From Pseudogymnoascus verrucosus (taxonomy: Eukaryota): DNA of 64,000 bases. How positions within the stretch are numbered: the first letter of the stretch is position 1; every line of letters starts with the position of its first letter. Positions 48,570 through 61,186 of this stretch are shown in pieces. Location: assembly GCA_001662655.1 (NCBI GenBank), contig KV460208.1. One strand, 5' to 3'. The notes below the pieces were generated by a model. The model worked only from the letters and a program-made list of their open reading frames with translations. It ran no database searches and was not told where the DNA came from. The translations under genes were made by a program, and so were the position numbers.

Positions 48570-49340
48570 ATGTCTGAGCGCAAAGTTCTCCAGAAATACT
48601 ACCCCCCGGATTTCGATCCCAGCAAGATCACCAGGTCGAGAGGCCCAAAGGCACCAGGTCCCAAAGTCCAAACCGTCCGCTTGATGGCTCCCTTCTCCAT
48701 GAAGTGCATTGCATGCGGCGAATATATCTACAAAGGCCGCAAGTTCAACGCGCGCAAGGAAACGACGGAGGAGAAATACCTCTCTATAACCATCTTCCGG
48801 TTCTACATCAGATGCACGCGGTGCTCTGCCGAAATCACTTTCAAAACCGACCCGAAGTCCCTCGACTACACATGCGAGCGCGGCGCAAAGCGAAATTTTG
48901 AGCCCTGGCGCCAGGGCAGTCTGAAGGAGGAGACAGAGGAGGAGCGCCTGGATCGCCTTGAGGCAGAGGAGGCAGAGAAGGATACAATGGAGGAGTTGGA
49001 GGCGAAGACGCTGGATGCCAAGACGGAGATGGCTGTCGCCGATGCGCTCGATGAGATTAGGACACGGAATGCACGATTTGAGCGCGTGGGTGGTGGAGAG
49101 GCGAGCGGTGTGGCTGCGAAGCCAGAAGTTGATGAGAGCGTGGCTGCCCAAGAACTTGCGGATGAGGAGGCGGCGAAGCGCGCGTTCCAGGCTAGGGCTG
49201 AGGAAGCAGCTGGGAGGATAGTGGAAGAGGATACGGCTGTCCCAGAGAAGGCGGCGGTGCCGACGTTTGCGCGGACTGTGAAGAAGAAGAAAGATCACGG
49301 TGCTTTATTGGGCATCAAGAGGAAACCGAAGTTGGTGTGA
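48570..49340 (+). CDS. YJU2: Splicing factor Yju2/Cwc16 (CCDC94)
   Basis: MSERKVLQKYYPPDFDPSKI, VRLMAPFSMKCIACGEYIYKGRKFNARKE, FYIRCTRC and ITFKTDPK. Confidence 0.95.
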   Translation: MSERKVLQKYYPPDFDPSKITRSRGPKAPGPKVQTVRLMAPFSMKCIACGEYIYKGRKFNARKETTEEKYLSITIFRFYIRCTRCSAEITFKTDPKSLDYTCERGAKRNFEPWRQGSLKEETEEERLDRLEAEEAEKDTMEELEAKTLDAKTEMAVADALDEIRTRNARFERVGGGEASGVAAKPEVDESVAAQELADEEAAKRAFQARAEEAAGRIVEEDTAVPEKAAVPTFARTVKKKKDHGALLGIKRKPKLV

Positions 49341-50420
49341 GGGTTCTATGGACGTCCATGAAATTGGACAAGAAGTCACATAGATACCGTTATACGCAGT
49401 GATCAAGGTTCTATGCCATTATGAACAACAGCTTTGCAATGATGGCTGGCTAGCCTCTATCCCTTCCGATTATAGCGGCAAAGCATCAACGAGAATAACC
49501 TCGTCAGGCAGGAAACATAGGAGCGGATTCAACAGCACGCGGTAGCAGGGACGGTGGAAGGGAAGCATTTCCAATCCTTTCCCCTCTCCCACACTCGAAA
49601 GGCAGTCCAGGAAGCACCAGTGGGGTTGGGCAGAGAAGAATCCAGTGATCGGAATGTAGGTAGTCTAATCTTCCACTCAACTCCATTTGAAGATGGAACA
49701 TAGATACCCAAATTAAATGTATATATATAATCACAGCCTTAAATAGAGCTAGAATCCTCGGCCTTGACTATATCTTAGTGAACTGCATCGCAGATGTTAA
49801 GAATGTAAATTCAACGATCTACCGCGAAAAATCACGCCAGGAACCGTCATGACGTACAGATAGCGTGAAACAGCGGAGTAACGCACGGACCATGAGTCGA
49901 TATCGCAGCGCTATGGAATAGGTAAGGCTGAAAGCCGAACCGCCACCGTCGAACCTCCATCTCAATCGCGCCGACTAGCTCACGTCTGGTGCCTTTTTGG
50001 ATCAGCCATCGCTCTTTCCTCGCGTGGTCTCCCCTTCTTAACCTTCCTTTATACACTACCGCTACCAGTCGCTCCTTCCGATTCTGCTCAGCACAAGGTC
50101 GCAACTTCCTCTCTTCTTACCACGGTGGAAAAGGGAAGTCGCGTCCTGCCTGGATAATAGAAATACTCAGGTATGTCTGTTCCTGTCTATATGGTCTGCT
50201 TCCTAGTTATCCCCTGCGTTGCTTTCAAATCTTTTCGTTGCCGCTCCTACACGTCGTTGAAGAAGAGACATCGCATGCTAACATGCAGCCCTTAAAGGAA
50301 CTCGCCCTCGACGGGCCATCAAAGTACTGGAGCGAGGCGCCGACGTCGCGTCGCCGCAAAGCAACACTCAACGGATCACCCGACCGGGGCGAAGAATCGA
50401 ATAACGGGAAAAGGCCAACC

Positions 50421-51473
50421 ATGGCTAGTCAGCGGAAGAGGGTGGAGCGCGGCCGAGGTGGCGGGAATGGCCACGATGGTAATGCCGAGCTGTCCATCTG
50501 GGAGAGCTGCCAAGATACCATGAAGTCGATGCTCACTCTCGTTGCGCGCATGGAAGAGGGCAAGAAAGAGATCTTGCTCATGGAAGCTGGGTTCAAAGAG
50601 CGCGAAATCCTCGGTGGTGAGTCTCACCCACTAAACGTTTCCCAGCGCCACGCTAACACCTACCCCCCAGACCCCCCATCCGTCCTAGAACTCGACTCCC
50701 TCTCATCCCTACAAAGAGAACAAGTCAAGCTCTCAGAACAAATTCTCGCAGCCGGCAAAACAGGCGACACACCCCTCATCGAGCGCCTCAAAGTCCTCCG
50801 CGGCCTACAATCCCACAACGAAGGCGCCTCCTCCGAACCCAGCCGTCGCGGCGGCGCTTCCCGCGATAAATCCTCCATGGACCTCGACGTCGCCTCCGAG
50901 TCCCCCGCACCCTCTCCCATGGTACTCGACAAGCCGAGCCGAAAAAACCGCGACTTAGGCTCTACAAGCCGCAGCAGCCAGCCCCCAAAGGAGAGCACCA
51001 CCAGCAAGGACGCGCCCGCGCACACCCCGAGCTACGAGATCGACGCCAAGGGCAAGGTGACGTTCAATCTTCGCGCCGAGGTGGCCTTCCGCCCACGGCC
51101 CCAGGACCCCAACGTCGAAACAGAGTGGATCCAGGGCGTCGTCGTGAAGATCATAGGCGAAGGCAAGAGCCGCCGCTACGACGTGCAGGACCCGGAGCCG
51201 GACGAGGTCACCAACCGTCCCGGCGCGATCCACAAGTCCTCGGCTGCGCGCATGGTGCCCATCCCCGAGCTGGGACAGTCGCTGCCGGATTATCCGCAGG
51301 GCAAGGCCGTGCTGGCGCGCTACCCGGATACGACTACGTTCTACAAGGCCGAGGTCGTGGCGATGAATGGGAAGTTTGTTAAGCTGAGGTTTGAGGGCGA
51401 GGAGGACGAGCAGGTTACTATGGAGGTTGATCGCCGCTTCGTGCTCGATCATCGCGGGGATAATAAGGGATGA
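50421..51473 (+). CDS. SGF29: SAGA-associated factor 29 (tandem Tudor)
   Basis: EVAFRP, EWIQGVV, RYDVQDPEPD, VLARYPDTTTFYKAEV, LRFEGEED and VDRRFVL. One stopless intron near 50617-50669 and a probable 5'-leader intron near 50171-50288. Confidence 0.88.
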   Translation: MASQRKRVERGRGGGNGHDGNAELSIWESCQDTMKSMLTLVARMEEGKKEILLMEAGFKEREILGGESHPLNVSQRHANTYPPDPPSVLELDSLSSLQREQVKLSEQILAAGKTGDTPLIERLKVLRGLQSHNEGASSEPSRRGGASRDKSSMDLDVASESPAPSPMVLDKPSRKNRDLGSTSRSSQPPKESTTSKDAPAHTPSYEIDAKGKVTFNLRAEVAFRPRPQDPNVETEWIQGVVVKIIGEGKSRRYDVQDPEPDEVTNRPGAIHKSSAARMVPIPELGQSLPDYPQGKAVLARYPDTTTFYKAEVVAMNGKFVKLRFEGEEDEQVTMEVDRRFVLDHRGDNKG

Positions 51474-51922
51474 TTGGGGCGCCTGCCTACCTTTCATATT
51501 TGTTTTTGTACGTGCGTGCAGCTTGCCATACGGCAGTTTTCTATGAGGTGTCTGGCTTTTCATTGGGAATACCCCCCGGGCCGCCGGTTGAGGCGTTGTG
51601 GGATTTGGGGTTGGAGTCATGTTTCGAGTGGGATTTCTGGGTATCAATTATCATGGGATGGGATATACGAAAATTGGGCATGGGATGGTGTTATTTGGGA
51701 GTCGTAGCTTTAATATATATGTTCACATGATGATGTTATGTATCGTTCACATTCATTTGCATTGACTTCCCCTCGTCGTAAACCACGTGTCCAACCACGT
51801 AAAGTCGCATCACACATTCACAAGCAAGCAATGCACACAAAACGATCTCTGAATCAATCCTTCTACGTGTATACCCATACGGAGGTAAAAAAAACTAAAA
51901 CCATCCACCTTGACTGGCTCTC

Positions 51923-51978
51923 GAACTGAACTGAACTGAACGGCACTAAACGGCACTGAACGGCACTGAACGGCACTA
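51923..51978. repeat. Simple repeat (GAACT)n followed by (AACGGCACTG)n
   Basis: gaactgaactgaactgaacggcactaaacggcactgaacggcactgaacggcacta, read directly. Confidence 0.85.
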
Positions 51979-52624
51979 TACTATCTATAATACACACCAC
52001 ACCCATCCCCAACCCCTAACCTCCTCAAAGTCAAAGCACAAAAAAAACCCAAACCCAGATCTATGCATGCAAAGACGCCCCGCCCGCTCCCAAGTTATGT
52101 GCATTGAACTCGACACAGAAAAAACCATTGACCATTGTAAAAAAACCATTCTTTTCCACTGTTCAAATGTACAGTTTATCTTCCTTCCGGCCATGTACCC
52201 TTTATATCGTCCCCCATTGGATTTGTTCATGTAACCCGAATCACCTGGCTCCATCTCTCAACCTTCAACTCAAACATTAAACACCATCTTCATATTCCAA
52301 CACATGAACACTTCCCCAAGAGATAAGTCCGCAGAATCCATTCAGCGACCACCCCCCACCGCGCCCCGCCAAAGGCACTTCATCACCATAGACTCCCCAT
52401 GACCCCGTCCGGAGACAGGCGGGTAGATACGGCCTAGGTGGAGTTAATCTGACGAGGACGCGATGGGGTATCGAATCAAGGCAGACTTCTTCTCATCCAT
52501 CCTCTCCGTTCTTACAAATTCCATTCTTCTTCTTCTCGTCGGAATACAAGGCAAGGCAAGCCAACTCAAACCAGGCGCACTCAGTCCAGCAAAGAAAGAC
52601 CGACTCGACAAATCATTTTCCAGC

Positions 52625-55600
52625 TTATGCCTTACTCTCCATCCCCTCAACAACCTTCTCAATAGCCTCAACGAGCTTCTTCGCCGCCCCCTCCGACTCA
52701 GTCGCAAGACTCACAGTCGTCATCGGCGACTCCCCTTCCTTCGGCGCATCAACCATCATGATAACCGCGACACTCTTGCCCATCAGGCGCGGCTTCGAGT
52801 TCACAAACGCCTTGTTCATCCCCACCGACCCGTTCGTGAGACGGATCAGGTAGCGCACGGAGGAGGTCTTCTCGTTGCGGAGGAGCTTGAGCGTGCCAAC
52901 GGTGCTGGGACCCCATTTCTTCTCGGGCGTCATCATGCGCGCCTTGACTTTGGTGAGGACGAGTGTCTCTTCTCCAGGTTCATCGCCGCTGGCAAGGTCA
53001 CTCTGGGGGAGCTCCTTGCCAGGCTCGTTGTCGTCGTGGCTTGCCGCTGCTTCGTCGGCCGTGCTCTCGTTCTCGGTCGTGACGCCGGGAGTAGTCGCGC
53101 GAGAGGCGCCGAGAGAGGGAGTCGGGCCAAGGCCGCCGCCGTTGGAGAGGAAGCTGAATGCCGCGGACTTGGGGGCAGTAGGGGTGGCAGCACCGGACCC
53201 GAAGCTGAAACCCATGGTGGGCTTGTCCTTTGCCTCAGATGAGGCCGAGGTGCCAAACGCCGGCGCAGCTGGTGTGACGGCGTACTTCCCGAACAACGGA
53301 GCCGGGGAGGCCGCAGCCGCAGGAGAACCAGTCACAGCGTGCTTGCCGAACATGGGGGCAGGCGACGCTGCACCCGCTGCTGGAGACCCAAACAGCGACG
53401 CAGGCGCAGGCGAAGCCGCCCCCGAAACAGAGCCGAACAGGTTCGACTTCGCGCCCGCGGACGCCCCGAACTTGATCGGGCTCTCGGGGTTCCAGGTCTT
53501 GTCGGCCGGCTCTGCCGCCGCCGGGGAACTGGCGACGGAGCCGAAGATGCTGGAGACACCCGAGGTCGCAGCCGGGGTGCCGCGGGACACGCGGGAGAAA
53601 AGGCTGCTGGCGGCCTTTGGCGTGGGGGCCGGCGCCCCATCGCTGTCGTCGTCGGCATCGTTGCCCTTGCCGCTCGAGGCGTCCGACAGGTGGGCGAACG
53701 GGTTGCCCAGCTTCGAACCGATCCGACCCGAGCCCGGAACGTACTCATTGAGGACTGAGTTCGGGCTCGAGGTTCCAGATCGGCTGCTGCTGTTCAGCCT
53801 GAAAGACGTCAGTAGAGCTCAATTTATAACAGTGGGTTATCTTAGGGAAGACGGGGAAGAAGGTGGACCTCAGGCTCAGGCTTGGTGGAAGCTTCCACCA
53901 CTGCCAGCTTCTCCGGGACAGGTTTCTCTTTCTGAGTCTTCGCAACCTCGGAAAGAGCGCATAAAGCCTGTTATAGTAAAACTGGGCACACGTTGCTTAA
54001 CATGCGCCTCAGAAGTCTCAGGTTACCCCTTCGCCAGAACCAACTTTGGAAAACTGACATCAGGAGTAGAACCACTTAGTTGCTATGGAGGGGGTCTAAT
54101 AAGATAGAACCAGAAAAATTAGAATACATACCCGTCGTTACCACCTGCCGGACCCTTCGCCGCCGGAGACTGGGCTGGAGGAGTAGATGCTGCAGACCCG
54201 AAGGTCGGAACAGCAAGCGCTGGCTTCTGCTTGAGCGCCTCTCTCTTCTCAGCTAGCTCCTTGTGGTATCTCTTCTCCCACTCAGCCTCAGTCTCGTCGT
54301 CCTCATCCCAATCCTCATCCTTGGCCTTCTCCATTGCAGCATCGGCAGTCTTCTTGGCAGACTTTGCGAACTGAGACATGAAATCCGTGGATCCGCCAGC
54401 TGCGGGTTGAGTGGGCTTGAACCCTCCCGCCGCAGGTTGAGTGGGCTTGAACACGAATCCTCCAGCTGCCTTAGGCGCGGGCGCGGGCGTTGGAGTTGGA
54501 GTTGCGCTCGCGGGTTGGGCCTTGAATGGTGACGCGCCATTAGGGGTAGACGCAGCCTTTGGTGGAAGCTTAAGTGACGCGAATGGGTTTGCACGTGGCT
54601 TGTCTTCGGTAGTCTTAGTGAGCGAGAACATTGGCTTCTCTGGGGTAGAAGTTGGAGTGCTTCCAACGATGTTGCGGAACAAGCTTGACGTAGCAGAGCC
54701 AGCCTTGCCGTTCTTGGGTGTAGACTCATCGCCAGTGGGATCATCCTTGGTAAGCTGGACATCAGCCTTGCGCTTGGACTTGGGCGTCGGAGCTGGTGCA
54801 GCTTCGGCGGGTTTTGGTGCAGGCTCAGTGGGCTTTGGGGGTGTTGCCTCAGCGGGCTTTGGTGTGAAAACATTCTTCAGGGACGATGGAACCTTCGGTT
54901 TGTTGGCGTTTGGAAGAGGAGCCTAGATCGGAATTAACAGGATGAACGGGAAAAACGAAACAGATTATATATGAAATACGCCAGGGTTGGGAAGGTTAGA
55001 TCGAGGGAAGTGAAAGTAAGGCTATGATTGGGACAAGTCCAAGATCGACAAGATATAATCGGGTGAATTGAAGGATCAAGATCGAGGTGTAAAGGCGTGA
55101 AGGTCAAGATCGATAACATACCTTTTCGGAGTTTGACTTCGCAGGCGACCCAAACATAGGAGCAGCAGCCTTTTGGACCTTTGGCTCAGCTGGCTTCTGA
55201 CGCTTGTTGGATCCCTCACCATTCATTCCAGCATCATCAGTCAGGCTATCAGCCTTACGTTTCTCAACTCTCTTGGCCTGTACGACGCTCCATTGCTTAA
55301 CATCCTGCTCCCAGTCGGCGAGCTGCTCCTTGATTCTCATCTTCTTCGCGGGCTGAGTTGCATTTTCCATGTCAATCTCAGCACGTCTCTTCAAGGCCTT
55401 GATTTGAATAGCAGCGTACGCCTCCAGTTGCTGTCTGGGAGAAAGGGTGGGTGGGAAGTACTTTGCGACGATGCGTGCAATTTCTGTCTTGTGGGCTTTG
55501 GTAAATAGATCATTCTCATCATACTCCTCAGCACGTTCGAGGACGACTTTCTGGAAGTCGGAAATATCCATGACGGGTGTATCAGGTAGTTTAGCCAATT

Positions 55601-57434
55601 CTGTTGAAGTTGTTGTTGTTGTTGGTGCGAATTGGAAAGCTTGGTTGGTGCGTGAAGGTGATTTTGTTTGTGGTTGGAAAGAAGTAGGAGGGTTAAATCT
55701 TGTGGATGAATTTATATCGCCCAATTTGGAAGTGAGAGTTGACGCGTTTCGCGAAGGTGATTTAGCGCCATTGTTGATTTCTGACAATGCAGTATTACCA
55801 TTCGCTAATGGTTTCTCATTAGCATTGTCAATGGTATCAATAGAACCATTTCTTTGTTCCGGCAGCGAAAATATTTTGATGGCGTCAGCAGGCTTACCGA
55901 AAGGACTTGCAACTGCCTTAGGCGTCTCCGTAACTTTTGGCTTCCCAAATAAATCCATGGCTGGAGGGGCAGCTTTAGGAGTTTGTGATCCAAATAAGCT
56001 GGAGCCATCGGTCTTTTGGGCTCCAAACAATGGTTTCGCAGGTGTTGTTGCAGCACCGAAGTTGCTGAATATGCTCTTTGCCGGGCTCGGAGCTGGCTGT
56101 TCAGCTTGAACTTTGAAGAGATCATTTGCGATTGTAGGCTGCTTCATAGTCGAACCAAACAAGCTTGGCGTAGCCTCAGCTGCAGACTCAGTGCCAGACA
56201 TATCTTTCTCAGGGCTAACAGATCTAGAAGTTTGGCTCCCAAAGAAATTGCTCGACGGCGCAGGGGATGTCGCAGCATCTGGTATTTTGATATTCGCAAA
56301 CGGGTTGGCGCCCGTAGGCGCAAATGGGTTCAATGGCGCCGCGGCCTCCTGTCCTGCTGGCTTGCCAAACATGTTGGAAACGGGAGCAGCGGCTGCTGGA
56401 GTTGCCTGGCCAAAGAGATTAGATGGAGCAGCTGCACCTGGCGTCGGCTGCCCGAAAAGATTAGGTGCTTGCGTTTGCGCAGGCGTTGCGGTTTGTGCTT
56501 GAGACTGTCCGAATGTGAACGCGCCCCCAGCTGGCTTGTTGGCCGCAGGAGCCTGTGCGCCAAAGTTGAATGCGGGAGACTCAGCACGCGATGGTGTCTG
56601 GGAACCAGGTAAGGACCCAGCTTGCGACCCGCCTTGTGGCTGGGTCTGTCCAAAGGTGAATGATGGGGTCGCTGGCTTCTCAGCGGGAGCTCCGTTGCCA
56701 AACGAGAACGGGTTTGCTGCTTGAGCAGCTGGCTGAGATGCCGTGAAGCTGAACCCTCCAGGAGCTTGTGTAGTCGGCGCCGTGCTTCCGAAGCTCAGCC
56801 CAGGTGTGCTCGATGGCGCCTGGGAAGTCTGGAAGGGGTTGTTTACAGGCGCAGCTTGCGCCGTGGATTGGCCAAATGTAAAGCCGCCAGTCGCTGGCGG
56901 TGCCTGTGCGCTTTGGCCAAAGGAGAATGGATTACTCGTGGGTTGGTTCGATGAAGCTCCGAAGGAGAAGCCACTGCTTGGGGCCTGGGGTTGGGGAGCA
57001 GAGCTGAAAGGATTCGATGGTGCGGCCGCGCTTTGTCCAAACATTCCGCCACCTGCCTGTGGAGCAGGGCTTGCAGCGCCCGACCCAAACCCAGTCATCT
57101 GGAATGGTTTGTTGCGCCTTGCAGCCTCTTCGTTGTCCGACGCGTTGCCCATGGCCGACCCAGTAGACGCAGGGGGAAAGGACACGGAGCCGCCAAAGTT
57201 TGCCTGCAGCGGAGCGGCGAAGTTGAACGAGTTATTCGCGCTCGGCGCGCCTCCTCCAAACATGCCGCCTGCGCTCTGGGCGCCAAAGTTCGACGTCGGC
57301 ATCGGCGCGAAGAGAGGGGCCTGGTTTCCATCGTCGCCACCGTGGTTCGAGCTGGGCTTCGTCCTCCTAGTGGGCGCCTTGATCTTCCTGGCAGCCATCT
57401 GGGCCGCGTTCAGTTGGCGGGGAGTATCAGACAT
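52625..57434 (-). CDS. NUP2: Nup2/Nup50-like FG nucleoporin with C-terminal Ran-binding domain (about 1400 aa, introns 55121-54923 and 54131-53799)
   Basis: N-terminal AARKIKAPTRR, dense FSFG/FTFG/LFG repeats, and a C-terminal RanBD-like region GEETLVLTKVKAR...WGPSTVGTLKLLRN...VRYLIR. Both introns join in frame. Confidence 0.8.
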
Positions 57435-59151
57435 GATGTCTGTGTGTTATGTGTATGTGTCGCGAAGGAAAAAGAGATCGGTCGAGATAGGAGGGTTTCT
57501 ATTGTGTCATTCGAGACCGCGCGTGAGATCAGGCTCACTTCGAAGTGGGACTGTAGTGCTTTCGAAAGTCGTATTATTGCCGACGTTCCAAGTGTAAACA
57601 AACCACAGGGGTCGAGATGCTGGTTGTCGCGCACAGATGGCTGTTCGCGTGATGATGATCGAGATGAGGCGCTATTAGTTTCTAGTTCAGCACTTTATTG
57701 ACGTCGGTTGTTGTTATTCTGGAAGCCGATGGATTCGAAAGCCCTTGTCGCGTCGGAAAATATAACTGTGATGTAAGAAAGAAGAAGAAAGGGAAGATCG
57801 GTCGGAAAGGAGCTGAAGGAAAAATAAAAGTCGTTCGGACGCGGGCTGGTCAGGCAAGTGGGAAGGAGCGATGGAGTCTCGGTGATCCCTGGATCTCTGG
57901 GAATTGTAAGGTTGTGGTGGACAGACACGGACAGAAATCTGATGGGCGGGCAGGGATGGGTGGCACTACGGAGGAGAAATAGCAACTCAGGCACCAACCA
58001 CAGCCAGCCAAATCCAGCGAAAACTGCCAAAACCGCCAAAACCAGCCAAAAACCTTCGCTGCAGGGTTTCGCCCGTTGCTCTTCCACTGGTTTGTTTACT
58101 TTTCACATATTTAAAAAACGCAAGTGTATTCCTTACTTGATGCCCTAAATGAGGGCAATAGGCAGTGAATAATTTTCGCGTACACTACTCGAGTATGTCT
58201 TTATTATTTTCTATCATGTATGGCCTGATGAACAAAGCGGATTCGGGGGGATTCGAGTCGCTGAAGTGGCCAAGTCTACAACATTTTTCCAGCCGCACTC
58301 AAGTACTGAGGAAGTAACGATGCAAGCAATTAAATTTTGCCGGCTGATTACATCACCAACGCTCAGAGTGGCCACAGCACGTGCACAATGACCCAAAATG
58401 AAATCCATCCCTCTGTGGTTCTGCTATGAAAGGTAATAGTATCGACAGATTTCCAGATGTTGAGCAGTTAACACCGAGTAAATAAAATCGATATCCCCAT
58501 GACAGCAAAAATGGAAACCACCACGTGACTTGGATAAGAGAAGGGAGGTACGTACCTCACGCCTCCAGGTTGTCTCACCGCCTTCTTATCGCGATGGCGT
58601 AGTTATCGCATGGCAAGTCGACGACAATCAGGGCTTCTTCGGGCGGCGGCGGCTACAAGGGAGAAGGGGCTACGGAGACCGAGAAACGCTGCACACACGC
58701 GAGATGATCATGGATGGTCACGAGGGGAGAGGGGGGAGCGTGAGAGTGGATCATCGTGTGTCGTGATGAGGCTGCGTTAGTCGCGGGATTGATGAAGGCG
58801 GCGAGTCATGGATGGGAGATGCAGTCTGCTATAGTACAGTATTGTATAGTTCAGTTCTGTATGGTGTGTTGTTCTGTCCTGTACTCGAGGTTCGTCGACT
58901 GGGGACGATGGGATAGATGAGGCGGAGAGGGGATGTGGTATATCGTCGTTCGTGTGCCTATAGTGTGGCAGCGTGTCAAGACAGGGACTGTGGACGGTAT
59001 TGAATGGGAAGCGGCGAGTGGTTGGGGTTGTACGTATCAGACGCCGGGCTGCGATGTTGGTCGTGTGAAGATGGCCGCTGATCCAGGGTGGCCGAGGGTG
59101 TAAATGGTCGTTGGTGCAGGTAGATGGGCATAAGCGTGGGCACTATGAGGG

Positions 59152-59185
59152 AGATACAGTAGTAGATACAGTAGTAGATACAGTA
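59152..59185. repeat. 12-bp tandem repeat (AGATACAGTAGT) x3
   Basis: agatacagtagtagatacagtagtagatacagtaag, read directly. Confidence 0.8.
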
Positions 59186-60438
59186 AGTAGGAGATACTTA
59201 CGTGGTATAAGTCAGGCATGTCACTGTCTCTTTGCCGCCCAGATATTGAAGCAGCTTGCATGTGTCTTTCGAGTACTGAGATTAGAGATTACTGTAGTTG
59301 TAGATATGAGATATCGATAGTCGACCCCGTGATAACCCAGTGATATAACCAATATAACCACCAGTACAGCACAATCCCACCGATGCATCCAGACTCCGAC
59401 ATCCCTCCACAGCCCATCCACCTCTTTGCGTCGCCAGGTTAAGGGACCGCCAAACTACAAACCGCACTAAACCGCATTCAACCTCACACTAGATGGGTCT
59501 AGTGGCACCCTTCTGCCGAAAAACGGGGCATCGACCCAGACGTACGAAATACGAAAGTACCGTACACTATGAATCTGAAAGTACCATTACACCCACATAG
59601 AGGTTACGGGGTACAAGGCTCACACACGAACACACGGCACGTCGCACGCCACAGCCCACAACGCCACGACCGACGCACACGGGCACCCCCATCCACACCC
59701 CCGTCCACCCTAATCCACACCCCTCAAGGCACATTTCCCTTACTGAACTGCCACTACCACCAAACTCTACTAGAACCTTCCTGGCCTGACCCAGACTAGA
59801 ACCACCCATTAGGTACTACATACACCATGAACGGTACTTATCACAACTACTAATCACCATACTACTCTCCATACAACTCCCTAACACTACAAAGTACCAC
59901 CACCACCAGCCACCCAGCCAAAGTGCAACCGGAACACGCAATTGGTACCAACCAGGCTCGTTCGCTCGTCCTGTACTTTGTCCTCGGGGAACCACTTGTG
60001 AACCGCCCCGTGCGTGCTCACTCTAACCACCTACCACCACCACTCACTCACTCCACCGCCGCCTCCCCCAACCGCTTCCTATATGAATCACCCTTCTTCC
60101 CTCCCCTTCCATCTTTCTTCTTTCATAAAAACCCCCATTCGCCTCCGAACAACTAAAAACACATCTTGATTCCTGATCTTGACTCCCTCGTCGTCTTCAT
60201 TTCCGTACATCCTCGCCACCTCATAAAACGAAGCATAACGAACACAACACACCTCGTCACACTCCCCAGATCTCGCCACCTCAACTCACCTTGTTGGAGA
60301 AACAGCTGTCCTCACAACTCGAACTCTCGATCCCATAAACAAGCCCAACAAACGTCGGCAACCACACCCACGAAACCACCACAAAACCAACCCACAACCA
60401 CCAACAACTCCCGCTCACCACTCTCTCCAACCAACAAC

Positions 60439-61186
60439 ATGGTGTCTCTCTCGCGCTCCAGCTCCGCCTCGCCCGAGCCCTCCGAGACAATGCAGATCTT
60501 CATCAAGAACCTCAGCGGCGACAGTAAGCCCACCTCTTCCCTCCCTCCCTTCCAACTCCAAAGAAGCCACGCGCTAACTCCCACCCCCCAGTCATCCCCC
60601 TCACCGTCCCCGTCGACATCTCCCTCTCGCACATCAAGACCCTCCTCTCCCTCCGCACCTCCCTCCCAACGACATCCCTCAACCTCGTCCACGCCGGCAA
60701 ACACCTGCCCTCCTCCGACGCGCCCCTCACCGCCCACGGCATCAAGCCCGAATCCACACTCCACCTCGTCGTGCCGATGCGCGGCGGCATGCCGCCTAAG
60801 AAGATCCGCTGCACGCACAAGGAGTGTAAGGAGGTCGCGCAGCGCATCGTGGGGGATTGCGGGTTCTGCAATGGCCATTTCTGCGGGAAGCACCGCCTCT
60901 TGGAGGACCATAAGTGCACAGGGCTGGAAGACGTAAGTTGTTCCCCTAGTGACCCTGGGTGTGGCGTGGCTGCTGCTGTGGCGATGGCGACGAGTCCGTC
61001 AAGCGACTCCTCGTTGTTGGGGGAGTTGTGCGGCGCCGACTCGTCGCAAGAACCGCAGTGGTGGCTTGTAGGCCTTGATCTGGAAGAACTTGGGCTGACA
61101 CCTTTTTAAAGTGCAAGAAGGAATCTCACGACCGCAACGCAGCGCAGCTGAACTCGGAGCGCACTACTGTGATTAAAGGCATATAG
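60439..61186 (+). CDS. Ubiquitin-like domain plus AN1-type zinc finger protein, two introns
   Basis: MQIFIKNLSGD...LVHAGKHL...STLHLVVPMRGG, then CTHKECK...CGFCNGHFCGKHRLLEDHKC, spliced to CKKESHDRNAAQLNSERTTVIKGI and stop. Confidence 0.88.

Noticed and set aside
57435..60438. Hidden gene in the 3-kb Nup2/Ubl-AN1 intergenic region
   Set aside because: Only short low-complexity ORFs and simple repeats. One GGCGGCAAA (PACE-like, 59231) is too isolated to call.
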